Source of the DNA: Octopus sinensis
Taxonomy: Eukaryota
Direction: 5' to 3'
NCBI RefSeq assembly: GCF_006345805.1
Contig: NC_042998.1
Coordinates: 200,260,001-200,324,000, forward strand
Length of the DNA: 64,000 nucleotides
How positions within the stretch are numbered: the first letter of the stretch is position 1; each line of letters begins with the position of its first letter. Positions 26,731 through 40,469 of the stretch are shown here, in pieces. The position numbers and the translations under genes are program-made. A model generated the notes under the pieces. That model worked only from the letters and a program-made list of their open reading frames with translations. It made no database searches and was not told the DNA's origin.

Positions 26731-26938
26731 AAACATCAGAGAATTCCCAAACATCAAAAGGGGTAGATACAAAAGAGGACGTAGTACATGTAAAGCAGTA
26801 CATGTAAAACATGTAAAACGAGGACCTAGTACATGTAAAGCAGACGCTCAGGGAAGGTAAGAAACTTAGTTTCGAGTTTCGAGCAAAGCTCCTCTTCAGA
26901 AACAGAGGAGAGTCCAAAACAAAAAAGGATGACTGAGC

Positions 26939-27073
26939 TGCCAACTTTGCTCCATGGAAGCATTTGAAATACTAATGTATAGAAATAATGGAGAAATTCA
27001 ATTAAACAGCAGAATTGAACTTGGAAAATCTTGTATACATGCTCGGGTTAAGACTCTTAAATATTTTAAATGA
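26939..27073 (+). pseudogene. C-terminal 44 codons of a Penelope-like element ORF (GIY-YIG endonuclease tail)
   Basis: CQLCSMEAFEILMYRNNGEIQLNSRIELGKSCIHARVKTLKYFK* fits the CxLCxxE..I..LNxRxE..xCxH pattern I recall from PLE ORF ends. It is too short for the ORF track. Confidence 0.7.
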
Positions 27074-28279
27074 TATTTTAAATGATATCTCAATTGATAA
27101 CTGTATACTGGAATCATTTTGCATAAAATTCATTTTGACTTACATATCACTCCTACATAGTATATCATATATTTAACTAGAAAGATAAGATCTAACTAGC
27201 TATGATTATAATTTTTTCTCTCTCTGATGGTACTATTTAATACTTATTGATTTAAATTATTTGATTTATTTCTGTTGGACCATATTATTAATAAATTAAA
27301 TTTTGCTCTATTTTTATCTCCATTTCTTAGTCTATTTTTTAACCCATTACAAATATTAGTTAGTTAAATCTCTTAATTTCTTTTACACTAAAAATTAATT
27401 CTGCTAATCCCAGACCTATCGTGGTGTATTGTGATGTGATATAATATAACATAAATATATAATATAATATAGTGTAGTGTATTATAGTATAGTATAATAA
27501 TAATATAATTGTTTAAATTCATTTAAAAACAACCCCATTTTTCTTTCCTTTCTAATGACCTCTTTGTAACCTGACAATCTATTAATAGTAACATTTATAA
27601 ATAAAGAACTAAATTGTTGACCTCAGTTCGAAATTTGTTCTAAACAAGCTTAGATTTTTCTGTTAGTATCAACTTGTGTCCATCCCCTTAGCTTCCCCTT
27701 TCCTTTCTCTTTGATAGCTTAAATAGCAGTAACTGATTAAATTTCTACTTCCTTCCTCCTCTTTCTGTGATTCTTGTAAAATTCATTAACAACCTGAACC
27801 GCTACAATATTTTGCTTCTCATTCGGATTCCCTGATATTTTTCGCATGATTGTACCCTTAATCTCTTCACAAAACTGGATTATGAACTATAAGGACATAC
27901 ACATATTTTGTAAGTTCAAGACTTTTTCATCTGATCTCCAAAAAATCGAACTTATCTGCTATTCTCGTAAATTTCAATAACAATCTGTTCCTCTACACGA
28001 TATGACAGTCACTTTGCTTTTACTCAGACTTTCCTCTACATGATATGGCAGTCACTTTGCCTCTTACTCGGATTTTCAGAAATTTTGCATGACTGTATCT
28101 GAAAATTTCTTCCCGCAACTTGATCAAATATTCAATATGAGCTATATGTAGACATGCATAAATTCTGTAGGTTTAAAACCTTTCATCGGATCTCCATGAA
28201 TCGAACTTTCTTCAATGCAGCTAATCTTACAACCTCTTTTGTATCTACTCCTTCTGATGTTTGGGAATTCTCTGATGTT

Positions 28280-28367
28280 TTTCGGCTGACGAGTACGAGC
28301 CATCTGTATTCACTGCATTTTTTGTAGCTTATTAAAGATGTCCTCGTACGAAACGATCGTACCGAGA
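28280..28367 (+). ncRNA. Canonical type I hammerhead ribozyme (PLE terminal copy)
   Basis: Stem I 28280-28285/28362-28367, CTGACGA 28286-28292, stem II 28293-28299/28343-28349, GAAA 28350-28353, CGATCG, T28360, A28361. Confidence 0.9.
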
Positions 28368-28514
28368 TTTTAATCCATTCTTGTTGCTTTTTTCCTATTT
28401 GTAATCACCCCACTTGTCGTATGGTTAACACCATATAGATTTCCGGTGCATCCTAGTTAAGGACCACATTCATGTGAATTCTTTAGAATTCACTAGAATC
28501 TCAATTACTTAACC

Positions 28515-28570
<56 letters not shown>

Positions 28571-29919
28571 TATATATATATACATATATATTTATAGATA
28601 TATGATAGTTATTAATCTAGGTTTCATCCACTGTTTTATTCTAGCCGTCTTTAACGTTAAGTTTTAGAGCTATCGTAGGCTTTTATGTAGATCTAAATCA
28701 TTCTGCCTACTGTTCCTGACTATTTGGCTATTAATGTTAAAGAAAACTTTCTGACGATATTTTGGCTATAAATGAGAAATACAAAAGAAAAAACAAAGAA
28801 AGCAGACTTGTGGACTTGCTAGTCATATCTTTTACTGTTTTAGGTTAAATAATCTTGATTGACTGCATCATACTTTATAGATCATAGTTTCCAACTTACG
28901 TATTTTAGCGATATGCATGGAAAAGCGGCATTTCTTTTTATATTTCAACTCTGGATACAGTTAAGTATATTCTAAGTATGTTATGTTTTAGATCCACCTA
29001 CATATTTTCACTATATTAGTTTATAAAATACCTGGAGCATTGGCATATTCTATAAAACGATAAAGAAAGTAGCTTGCAGGATCTTAAGTCTTCCTCACGT
29101 AAATATTCCTGTTCCTCTTTATAGATGACTATCCATAGTGTAAGTTTTTGGAGTCGTGGGTCATCAACAAGGTGAGTAAAATCATATCCATTGAGTGATA
29201 CAAGTAAAAGCATATAATTTGCACATCCTTGTTATATACATTTTCAATTTCAAGCAAAGTTGCGTAGGCATTAAACTGCGTAGCCAGTGAAAACAAAGGC
29301 GATGAGAACCATTTTATTTATGGTCAGACCGTCAGCGGCAACCAGCAAAAGAGGCTAACCGGCAACTGTGCCTAGTGCTTCGTTACGACGTAGCATTTTT
29401 TTCGGGTACCGTATATGATAGTAATGAGGACATATCAATAAGACGATGAGAGTTAAAAGCCATCAAACACAGAGAAAAAGAAAAGCAAGAAAGAAATAAT
29501 TTAAAAAATAAACTCGGTTCTCAACAAACTTATTGTGTAAATAACCAAGTGGAAGAAGACGTATCATTCTTCCCATCACTTTATTTATGACTAGCACTAT
29601 GACCCGGCATGCTAGTGCATGCATATACAGCTGCATGCGTGCGCACAAACACGTGAGTATTGTCCAAATCTCCGACCCATCACATACAGCTAGCGGGCAT
29701 TCAATTGGCGTATCAAGTTTCGGACATTTTGATTGCGTTTTAGAAAATTCACAAAAAGTCACTTCTATTGATTTTTAATGGCTTTGCGGGTTGACTGGGA
29801 AAATGTAAAGATGTGCACGACCACCCTTGGACGGTTTTGAATGACCATAGAAAGAGCGATTGCTCTAACTGGAAAAAAATGTGGATTTGTATAAAGGACA
29901 CGCACGCAGGCATTTTGCC

Positions 29920-29976
<57 letters not shown>

Positions 29977-30954
29977 TACCTGCATAACAATGCATCAAAT
30001 TTTCAATGGAGAAAAATAAGAACTAATGTTTGTATATGACGATATTATTTCATTTATAACTGGCCATTTTGTCAGTGAGTTCATGTTAATCTATTTGATT
30101 TGCCGCTGAGTTGTCTTATGTATTTAACATTATAATTTATACCTTCTATGTTTTACCTAATTTACTTCAATGCTGAATGTGGTGTTTTATATCAATTATC
30201 AATTCTTAATAGACGTAAGTAATTCATATTTCCGTTTCGAATTTGCTTAGAAATCCTTGATTTATTAAAAAAAATAATATATATTGTTAATATTGATAGT
30301 TGCATAATTTACAAATAAATTTTCATTTCCTAATATTTTATGTATTACAAATATATATTTGACACTCAGATCATTTTTATAAAAAAAATTATGAGTCGTA
30401 TAGCAGTGATTGATGCATTTATATCGCTATTATTTATGTTATACGTGTTCTTTCATAGTAATCATATCATATTCGTATATTTACTTAGAATTGCAATATA
30501 TTATTCATCATTTATATATTTATCTGTTGTTTATTTCGCTTGTTTTTTACACTCGATATAAAAACCTATCCGTATTCAAATTCTTATTTGTTATGAGATT
30601 GTTTAGAAAAACCTGGGATGTCCCTCATTTTTAAGGGGGAAAGGAGAGGTGTTTTGAAATATTCTACAAATATTTTAGAATTCGTTTCACATGTGACTTC
30701 GTAAAGAGTTATAACTTGCAAAATGGCCTCTAAAATGCAAGGGAGACGTGCTTGTTACCGTATGTGTAGCATTAATGTAACAAGAATATCAAAGACCACC
30801 TAACACACAGAAAATTCTAACACCCATACACGGTAACGGATACAAAATGAACATCACTGGAAATAAAAATAAACTGAATGAAAACAAAACACAAGAAAAT
30901 CAACGTCAAGAACTACACCCGAACAACAACATTGCATAATATTTATATCCACTA

Positions 30955-31155
30955 TAGGCTCAAGGTGTGAAATTTTGCGGGTGAGGGCTACTCGATTACA
31001 TCGACCCCATTACGTAACTGATACTTATTTCATCTACCCCGAGATAAAAAGCAAAGCCGACCTTGGCGGAATTTGAACTGAGAACGTAATGATGGACGAA
31101 ATGCTGCAAAGCAGTTTGCCCGGCGTGCTAACGATACTGCCAGCTCGACCCCTTA
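30955..31155 (-). mobile_element. SINE family A, degenerate
   Basis: atcgacccca..ggcggaatttgaact.agaacgtaa..gcccggcgtgctaacgat.ctgccagctcg. Confidence 0.75.
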
Positions 31156-33319
31156 ACGTTCCATCATATTAGCCCAGAAGTTAACTATTGGTTGATTTCT
31201 CCAGTCACGTGTTACAAAGCATAGAGAGAGGAGGACAGAAACAACAACAGAGATCCAGAGAGAAAGGCAACAGAAGAGGTTAAAATCGTTATAGGGACAT
31301 TAAAATTGTCAAACAGCTGATAGGAGGTTGGTAAAGACAGCTATAAGTAGTAATTCTTCAAATTCTTCAATTATTTAAAATGTTTCAGCTTTAAAGCTGC
31401 ATTCGTGCTGGGGCATCGATGAATGCCAAATATATGATACAGGCTTAAACAAACAGAAATACACAAATTCAGGTTGACATACACAAACACACTGACACGA
31501 GCACATGCATGAACACGCGCGCGCCCATAGACATTTCAACAGTTTAGGGAGAACCATGAATAGAGAAACAGTTAGTAAGTGAAGAGGAAGAAGCAGTGGA
31601 TTTCTATAGCTTCTTGCAGACGGTGGTATCAGAAAAAGAAATTCTGCAATAGGTTACATTTTGTTTAATGAAAATCTTCCTCCGGTGGTTTTCAAGGAAT
31701 TTGTTAGTAAAGTAAGTTTTGTGCCTTATTAACTGGGGTATTTACTGACTTAAGAATAAAAATATGTATCCAAATGAATATCTCACAACTATTGCTACAG
31801 CCATATTGATACATTTTTCAACCTTGGGTAATATTAAGAAACATAACGTATCTAAAAATATTATAGCATTTATCAAATAACCTATGGGGAAAAAAATTAT
31901 ATTTACAAATTGACCTGCTACATGACAGACAACAATCATGTTTGCTAATACTGCAGGAAGGTGCGAAAGGAAAAGCAAAAAGGAAATATTTTTAAAAATG
32001 CACTAACTCTTTTCTCAACAAACTTATTGAGTAAATAACCAAGTGGAAGAAGTTGTATCATTCTTTCCATGAATAGATATGATGAAAAAAAAAACAAAAA
32101 CAAAACAAGTGGATTTCATGCCAGCAAGAAAGAAGAGTTATAGGATAATGCAGGGCACAGTGTTTGAAGGCTTGACGATGTTAGAGTATATGGAAGTGCG
32201 TGCCTAGGTTACCTTAAAAGAAAAAGAATTATGTAACATATCGGGGACATTTATATCCGCAGCGGGATAGATTTTCTCATCTTACTGTGATCGCAAATGT
32301 TAAATTATTCTTTACTCGAATATATTTTATTCCGTTTGGTTTCGTACGATATTTATTTAATAAGGAGCTGAATATGAATCTCAGATCTAGTGAACAACTT
32401 CAATTCCACTGCGATGAAAGACATCTTCACAGTAAGTATTTTGTATTTTTGTGTATGTAATCTGAACAGTTGGCGTCTAAGTTCTGAATAGATTCTACAT
32501 TTATTTCTATAAACATTTAAATAAATATCAATCGTCTTAGTAGTACCCACTTGGAAAGTGCCTAAAGAGCAGGTGTGCGAGAACGATGCAAATTCAGTTA
32601 CATTCAATTACACATTAAAATATAAAATTCAAGCATTATGACGACAACCGCACATGATACTGTTCAGAATTAAAATTATATAAACTGTTCAGTATTAAAA
32701 TTATAGAGACAGAAAACTGTTGCCCACAGTATTTTCATAGGAAATTACATAACTGATTGCAACAAAGAATGAACTCGAGGATATTTCTGAACTATACCAA
32801 TGGTAAGAAGAATATAAATTTGCTAAGCAGCACACGCTCGCAGAGAGAACTTGAAAATGGGCTTCAGATGAAGATCAAACGTTTGTTTAAAATATAGAAA
32901 TAATAATAAAATAACAGAAAAGAAAATCATGAACTACAAAATAACGTGTGGTTGATATTGTTAAATAATGTGTGTATAATGTGATTAAGAAAAAACTATG
33001 TAATGTTTAGAGTTGATACTTAAAATTAATGAAGAATTCAGTTTAAAAATTGAAGGCAATATTAGATGTTCGAACTGATTACAGGCGTATGGACGAAATG
33101 TAGTGCGAAATATATCAAAGCACATCATGTGAAAACAAACACACTCACAGACAGACAGATAGGCACACACACAGTGACAGACAGAAGTACACACGCGCAC
33201 ACACACACACACAAACGCATACTCTCACATAGACGTGCATCAAATATGAAATAGCTACATTTATATGTTTAAACATCCCTAAATCTACTATGACAATCAT
33301 ATATACAAAGAAACACATA

Positions 33320-33832
33320 CCGTAAATCCTCGAGTATAGTCCGCCCTTGAGTATAATACGCAGGGGATTTTTAAGGGTCTGTAACTCAGAAAACCCTAAA
33401 CTTTGTGTATAATACGCACCCCTTCTCTAACTTGAGAGAAGGAGGTCTATATAACGGCCTTGGTTTGTAAAAATGTATACGGTAAAGTCCTTTATTATTA
33501 TTGTATATATAACATAATGCAAACGTGTAGCATTTTTTCTGCATTTTGTTTGCAGAAAATAAAGAAATAACAGTAATAACGTTTAATAAATGTTGCTTAC
33601 TGCAAGTTATGGATGTTTCTTTTATGACTTCGTTGCTTTCAGTCTTAGCTTAAGGTATTTTCACGCCCGACATCACAAAATGCGTCTGAATAAACATTGC
33701 CGGACAGCAAATAGAGACTCGGACATTGCTTAGAAAATAAGTTTCATTTTTAACCTCGTATATAGTACTCACCAGGGATTTTGACCTTTAAATTTTGGGG
33801 AAAAAATGTGGATTATACTCGAGGATTTATGG
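33320..33832. mobile_element. pogo/Tigger-type MITE
   Basis: TIR CCGTAAATCCTCGAGTATA / TATACTCGAGGATTTATGG; TA at 33318-33319 and 33833-33834. Confidence 0.85.
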
Positions 33833-34576
33833 TATATGCGCAAAAACCCGCGCACATGTGCACAGAAATATATTGTCTCAGGTGAATTAGTTTGTGACAT
33901 TCACACGTGTAAACTTGAAATGCGTACTTTTGTTTCAGTATTCTTTCCATTCATATATATATATATATATATACATATATATATGCTATTTTTGAGAAAT
34001 TTAATATGAAGTTTCTTTTGGCCTTCTGAGGTACAATCTTTGTCGCCCTCCTCGGATTATTGCTCAAGCTTGTCTTGTCCAGACAGTCACGCACACACCC
34101 ATTAATCTTACATTGGGCTGTGTACTAACATACGCAGGCAAATTGACACCTAGACCGTTATCAACATTTCCCTTGCACTATCCCTGCTCCAGAATATTTC
34201 GTAAGAATTTCTACCGCCAATCCTTTACTGATTTCCTGAAGACTCTCATCCTCACTTAGATATGTCCTGCTTACCATCATGTAGGGTACCCGATAAAAAT
34301 TCTACCTCCTTACGAAGCATGCTAGGTAAAGTTGCTGGTTAGCCTCCTTTGCTGGTTGCCGCCGACGGTCTGAATACGTATATAAGAAAGTAAATTGACT
34401 ATTCTCAAAGGAATGAGAAATTATTTCATCATCTTCATTAGTTTACAGCTGTAGTCATAGATGAATAATTATCAATCAAATTGTAGCTTCATCGGAGCTT
34501 CAAATAAGATGTGGAATTTTAATTAGGAAACCATTACATTTATATACAGAGACAATTATTACCAACGAAATTGCAA

Positions 34577-34953
34577 GCACTCCGTCGGTTACGACGATGA
34601 GGGTTCCTGTTGATCCGAATCAACGGAACAGCCTGCTCGTGAAATTAACGTGTAAGTGGCTGAGCACTCCATAGACACGTGCACCCTTAACGTAGTTCTC
34701 GGGGATATTCAGCGTGACACAGAGAGTGACAAGGCCGGCCCCTTGAAATACAGGTACAACATAAACAGGAAGTAAGAGTGAGAGAAAGTTGTGGTGAAAG
34801 AGTACAGCAGGGATCACCACCATCCCCTGCCGGAGCCTCGTGGAGCTTTAGGTGTTTTCGCTCAATAAACACTCACAACGCCCGGTCTGGGAATCGAAAC
34901 CGCGATCGTATGACCGCGAGTCCGCTGCCCTAACCACTGGACCATTGCGCCTC
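34577..34953 (-). mobile_element. tRNA-derived SINE, family C
   Basis: Homologous to 53949-54262; tRNA-like head (ggaatcgaaacc..aaccactgg) at the right end. Confidence 0.8.
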
Positions 34954-35319
34954 CCAAATGCGTGTGCATATGCGTGTGATAAATATTAGCCACATCATAG
35001 TCTTACCAAGCCCCTCTTTTCATTTAATGCGGTGAGAAAATAGATAGTGTTTGGATCGATTAGGAGTAATGTCATAAACGAAGGATTACTTGTGGTAATA
35101 CTTACAATGAATGTGTCTATGAAAACTAATAATGAAAATCGATTTGATTGGGCGCAATAAATAGTTTCCTTAAATGATAATTTAGGAGAGCGTATATTAT
35201 ATAATTTATAGTCCTATCGCTACGAAAGCTGGGTGAAATTTGTTTGGACAACATACTACAATATGTTAATTATAGTATCAGGCGAAATTCAATGCTTAAA
35301 TACCTTATAGATAGGGAAA

Positions 35320-36295
35320 TCGGCGAACTGGCAGAGTCGTTAGCACGCCGTGCGAAATGCTTAGCGGAATTTCGTCTGCCGTTACGTTCTGAGTTCAAAT
35401 TCCCTCGAGGTCGACTTTGCTTTTCAACCTTTCGGGGTTGATAAATGAAGTACCAGTTGCATACTGGAGTCGATCTAATCGACTGGCACCCTCCCCCAAA
35501 TTTTCCGGACTTGTGCCTAAGGAAGAAAAGTACTTATAAAGAAATCAGTGAGCTGGCAGGAACGTTAGCATGCCTGGCGAAATTCTTAGCGGCATTTCGT
35601 CTGCCATTACGTTCTGAGTTCAAATTACGCCGAGTTCGACTTTGCATTTCATCCTTTCAGGGTCGATTAAATAAGTACCAGTTACGCATTGGGTCAATAT
35701 AATCGACTCAATACGTTTGTCTTTCCTTGTTTCTCCTCTCTGTGTTTAGCCCCTTTGTCGGTAGTAAGGAAATAGGTATTTCGTCTGTCTTTACGTTCTG
35801 AGTTCATATTCCGCCTAGGTTGACTTTGCCTTTCATCCTCTCGGGGTCGAAAAATTAAGTACCAGTTTCGTTCTACAGAAGATCTAATCGTCTGGCTCTC
35901 CTCCCCCAAAATTTCCGGCCTTGTGCCTAGAGTAGAAAATATTATATATAAAGAAATCAGCTAGCTGGTGGAGTGGTTAGCACACCGGGCGAAATGCTTT
36001 GCAGTATTTCGTCTGTCTTTACGTTCTGAGTTCAAATTCCGCCGAGGTCGACTTTACCTTTCATTCTTTCGGGGTGGATAAATTAAGTAACTGTTGCGTA
36101 CTTGGTTCGGTGTACTCGACTAGCCGCCTCCCCAAAAATTTCGGGCCTTGTGCCTAGAGTAGAAAAGAATCCTTAACACACTGTTTTAATTCAGAGTTCA
36201 AATTTCGCCGAGTTGGACTTCGCCTTCAATGTAATCGACTTACCCAACAACCCCAAAGATGATGGTCTTGGACCAAAATCGGAAACCAATATTAT
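35320..36295 (+). mobile_element. Head-to-tail cluster of five family A SINE bodies
   Basis: ttctgagttca(a/t)att motif at ~35385, 35612, 35795, 36025 and 36192; 14-bp direct repeat TATAAAGAAATCAG at 35535-35548 and 35947-35960. Confidence 0.85.
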
Positions 36296-36944
36296 GGTAA
36301 AGATATATGTAATGAATTCTGTTTAAAATTATGTAGCATTAAATATTGCTTTCTGTATAGAAATATGTAAATATCAGTAGAAGAAATAATATATTTTGAA
36401 CGTAAGGAAATAGAGTTATGATTTTCTCCGCATTGGGAAGGTAACTGACTTATGGGTTCAATGTAGAATTCTTACAGAGAGGAGGAGAAGAGAGAGAGTG
36501 AGAGAGAGTTGGCACACAAGGTGTTACTATTTTAGTTATTTACTAATACATGTGGTGAGATGGATTTATCAGACATCGTGCTTTGGGGCAAGAATGTTAG
36601 CACACATCGAAGATTATTCTTTAAAACGAAATTCACTACCTCTATGCTAAGTGCATGCTGGAAGGTGAAGGAATGATATGCATATTCCGATACACTTATA
36701 TGTAACCAGTATATGTAAAGAGTAATTCTTTCGAGATATTCCTGGTGAATAACTTCACACAGAATATGTCTTAAGAAGAAAGAGTGCAATTTGTCAGAAA
36801 TCAAAGTTCCCAGCTTTAATAAATATTCAAGAACGAACACAATATCGTAAACTGGTTTTGAGTTCTTTACTAAATTCATGCAATTTAGTGAACTTTTGTC
36901 TTACCAAAAAACATTTATATACATACATACGTTATAAGTGTGTG

Positions 36945-37925
36945 TATGTGATGGTGTGTGTATGTGATGGTGTGTGTACGCATATATATATCTGTGTGTG
37001 TGTGTAAGTATATATGTATATGTATTTATATTTATACACATGTGTGTAGGTGTGTGAATGTGATGGTGTGTGTACGCATATATATATATCTGGTGTGTGT
37101 AAGTCTATATGTATATGTATTTATATTTATACACATGTGTGAGGTGTGTGAATGTGATGGTGTGTGTACGCAATATATATATATATCTGTGTGTGTGTAA
37201 GTATATATGTATATGTATTTATATTATACACATGTGTGTAGGTTGTGAATGTGATGGTGTGTGTACGCATATATATATCTGTGTGTGTGTAAGTATATAT
37301 GTATATGTATTTATATTTATACACATGTGTGTAGGTGTGTGAATGTGATGGTGTGTGTACGCATATATATATATCTGTGTGTGTGTAAGTATATATGTAT
37401 ATGTATTTATATTTATACACATGTGTGTAGGTGTGTGAATGTGATGGTGTGTGTACGCATATATATATATATCTGTGTGTGTGTAAGTATATATGTATAT
37501 GTATTTATATTTATACACTGTGTGTAGGTGTGTGAATGTGATGGGTGTGTACGCATATATATATATATCTGTGTGTGTGTAAGTATATATGTATATGTAT
37601 TTATATTTATACACATGTGTTAGGTGTGTGAATGTGATGGTGTGTGTACGCATATATATATATCTGTGTGTGTGTTAAGTATATATGTATATGTATTTAT
37701 ATTTATACACATGTGTGTAGGTGTGTGAATGTGATGGTGTGTGTACGCATATATATATATCTGTGTGTGTGTAAGTATATATGTATATGTATTTATATTT
37801 ATACACATGTGTGTAGGTGTGTGAATGTGATGGTGTGTGTACGCATATATATATATCTGTGTGTGTGTAAGTATATATGTATATGTATTTATATTTATAC
37901 ACATGTGTGTAGGTGTGTGAATGTG
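36945..37925. repeat. Minisatellite, ~10 copies of a ~96-bp unit built from GT/AT dinucleotide blocks
   Basis: gtgatggtgtgtgtacgcat recurs at ~36965, 37061, 37155, 37252, 37344, 37441, 37539, 37635 and onward. Confidence 0.95.
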
Positions 37926-38320
37926 TGTGTGTGTATACAACTCTTGTTAACGCAATGTTTTATGCTTATCATTAAACTAATTTTAGCTTTCATGTATATC
38001 TCCAGACAATGGTAATTATAGCACCAAGGTCTGTCTAACTTGGAAACATGAAAATACGAAAATGTAAACGCACATTCATTCAAACGTACGTACACACCTA
38101 CACGGGCACGCAGGCACTCACACACACGCGCGCTTACAAGCGCACACGCATATATATACGCGTGTATGTGCGTCTGTGCATGTATAGACGCATGAATGTA
38201 TGTGTACGTGTGTGCGAATATATACTTTTATATACAACTTATATATGCATATATATATGTGTGTGTGTGTGCGTGTTTTTCTCTGTGTTCGAGCATATAT
38301 TTCTTTGCACCCATGTGTAC

Positions 38321-38406
<86 letters not shown>

Positions 38407-38982
38407 ATATTTATATTTATATATATATATATATATATAATATATATATAATATATATATGTCCTGTGTGTCTGTGTGTAGTTGAATGTATTTCTGTATT
38501 TCTGTTTATGCGTCCACTGTTAGGCATGTGCAGTTAGATGCAGAAATATTACTTTAAGAATACATGAATATGCTTTTATTGCTACGGTATGAGAATAGAC
38601 ACATTAACGGCTACAAAATCCGTTCCGATTTTCCTGCATGAAAGCACACACTTTTCATACAAACCCGCTTATTATATGTGTAAATATATGTATATATATT
38701 TTGTCTATTTGTATTGGATATCCTCTCCGGTAAATAACTATTTTCCGACATGTTCCTTTTAATCTGATATCTGCATAGTTCTATATAGCTCTGCATTGTT
38801 TTAAATTTCCTATAACAGTAGAATGGAGTACGTTCACACATGCTAATTCACAGAAATAATTTCTCTCTTAAAATCACAATGAAAACCGCACTTAAGTGAA
38901 TACTCTCAGATGTAAACACTTCCACAAATGCAAGGATTAGAAAGAAGGTAGTCATACAGATGCATAATGTACACACGTAATG

Positions 38983-39023
<41 letters not shown>

Positions 39024-39156
39024 CATGTATATATATATGAATATATATATATATGAATGTCTATATGTGTATGTATGCATACAAAACCTACGAAATATAC
39101 ATACATATACATTTGAAGTAAATTACACGAAAACATAACATTTCTTTATGGCTTAG

Positions 39157-39209
<53 letters not shown>

Positions 39210-40161
39210 ATATATAGATACATATATATATATAGATACATATATATATACACATATATATACAAGTGTCCATGTGTGTGTCTGTGTATAATGTGTACAC
39301 GCGTTCTTTTATATGAAAGTTACCAGTTTTCCGTTTGATGTATACAAGACTTCTCTATTGAATATGAATTTCGGTGTGTAAAGTCAATTTGGGTATATCA
39401 AATCACCATACACACATAATGCTATTCCTATTCAGCGTGTATTTACATCGTCCTTTTTGTACTTCTAGTAATAATTCGGAATACACACGTAAGCAAAAGT
39501 AATTCTAAGGTAATGCTAGTTGTAATCACAAGAGCAAATCTCTCTGTCTGAATTTAATATTAACACTCCGGCTTCAGGTTCACTGGCGCATAGCACGTTT
39601 GATTCGATTTTCAGCCGCTTGTTGTACCGGGACTTATATTGTACGGAATAATATTTCTACACAATTCATTTTACTCTATCGTCATAAGTATATTGGATGA
39701 ACATAATTTTCATTTTGTTCGTTGCCATCACGAGAGATGGTATGCTTGTAAACGGATGTGATTCATTATTCGCTTACACTGACCGTGAATAGTATTTCCA
39801 GCAAAATCAATTGGAACAAATACACCTAAAAATAACATAACATATTTCTGGCCTTATTAATTAATCTGTACACGAAGTCGTTAGAAATAAATTTTTCAAT
39901 AATAAAACCTATATTTTTCTCCGTCTTCAATGTATGTTATAGACATTCATTGTTGGTAATGTTACCAAAGCATGAAATAATGATCTACATACACACGAAA
40001 ACAGACACACACACACACACACACATATACACACTCGCAAACACACACAGAGAGACACACACAAACGTACGCACGCACACGTTCCGACAAGCAATACATA
40101 TACACACGTATGTTTAAAAATATAAATGTGTAAGCCTAGCTGTGAACATATACATATGTAT

Positions 40162-40219
<58 letters not shown>

Positions 40220-40431
40220 AATATATACAGAGAGAGAGGGAAAGTGAGAGGCAGAGAGAAAGCGAAGGTGACATAGGGGAGACAGTTAGGCAGATAGGCA
40301 GATCTAGATAATATATACCAGCAAATAATATATACATAAATATACATGCTGTTATTGTATATAATACAAATAAATGAATATTCAGACATATATATATATG
40401 TGTATGAACATCATATATATATATATATAAT

Positions 40432-40469
<38 letters not shown>

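Larger units (their letters stand above)
26939..28398 (+). mobile_element. 5'-truncated Penelope-like retroelement: ORF tail, long 3' UTR and HHR-bearing terminus (28233-28398)
   Basis: ORF tail plus a sense HHR at the 3' end. The terminus is repeated in inverted orientation at 26613-26778 and 25810-25974, a PLE-type inverted end structure. Confidence 0.75.
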
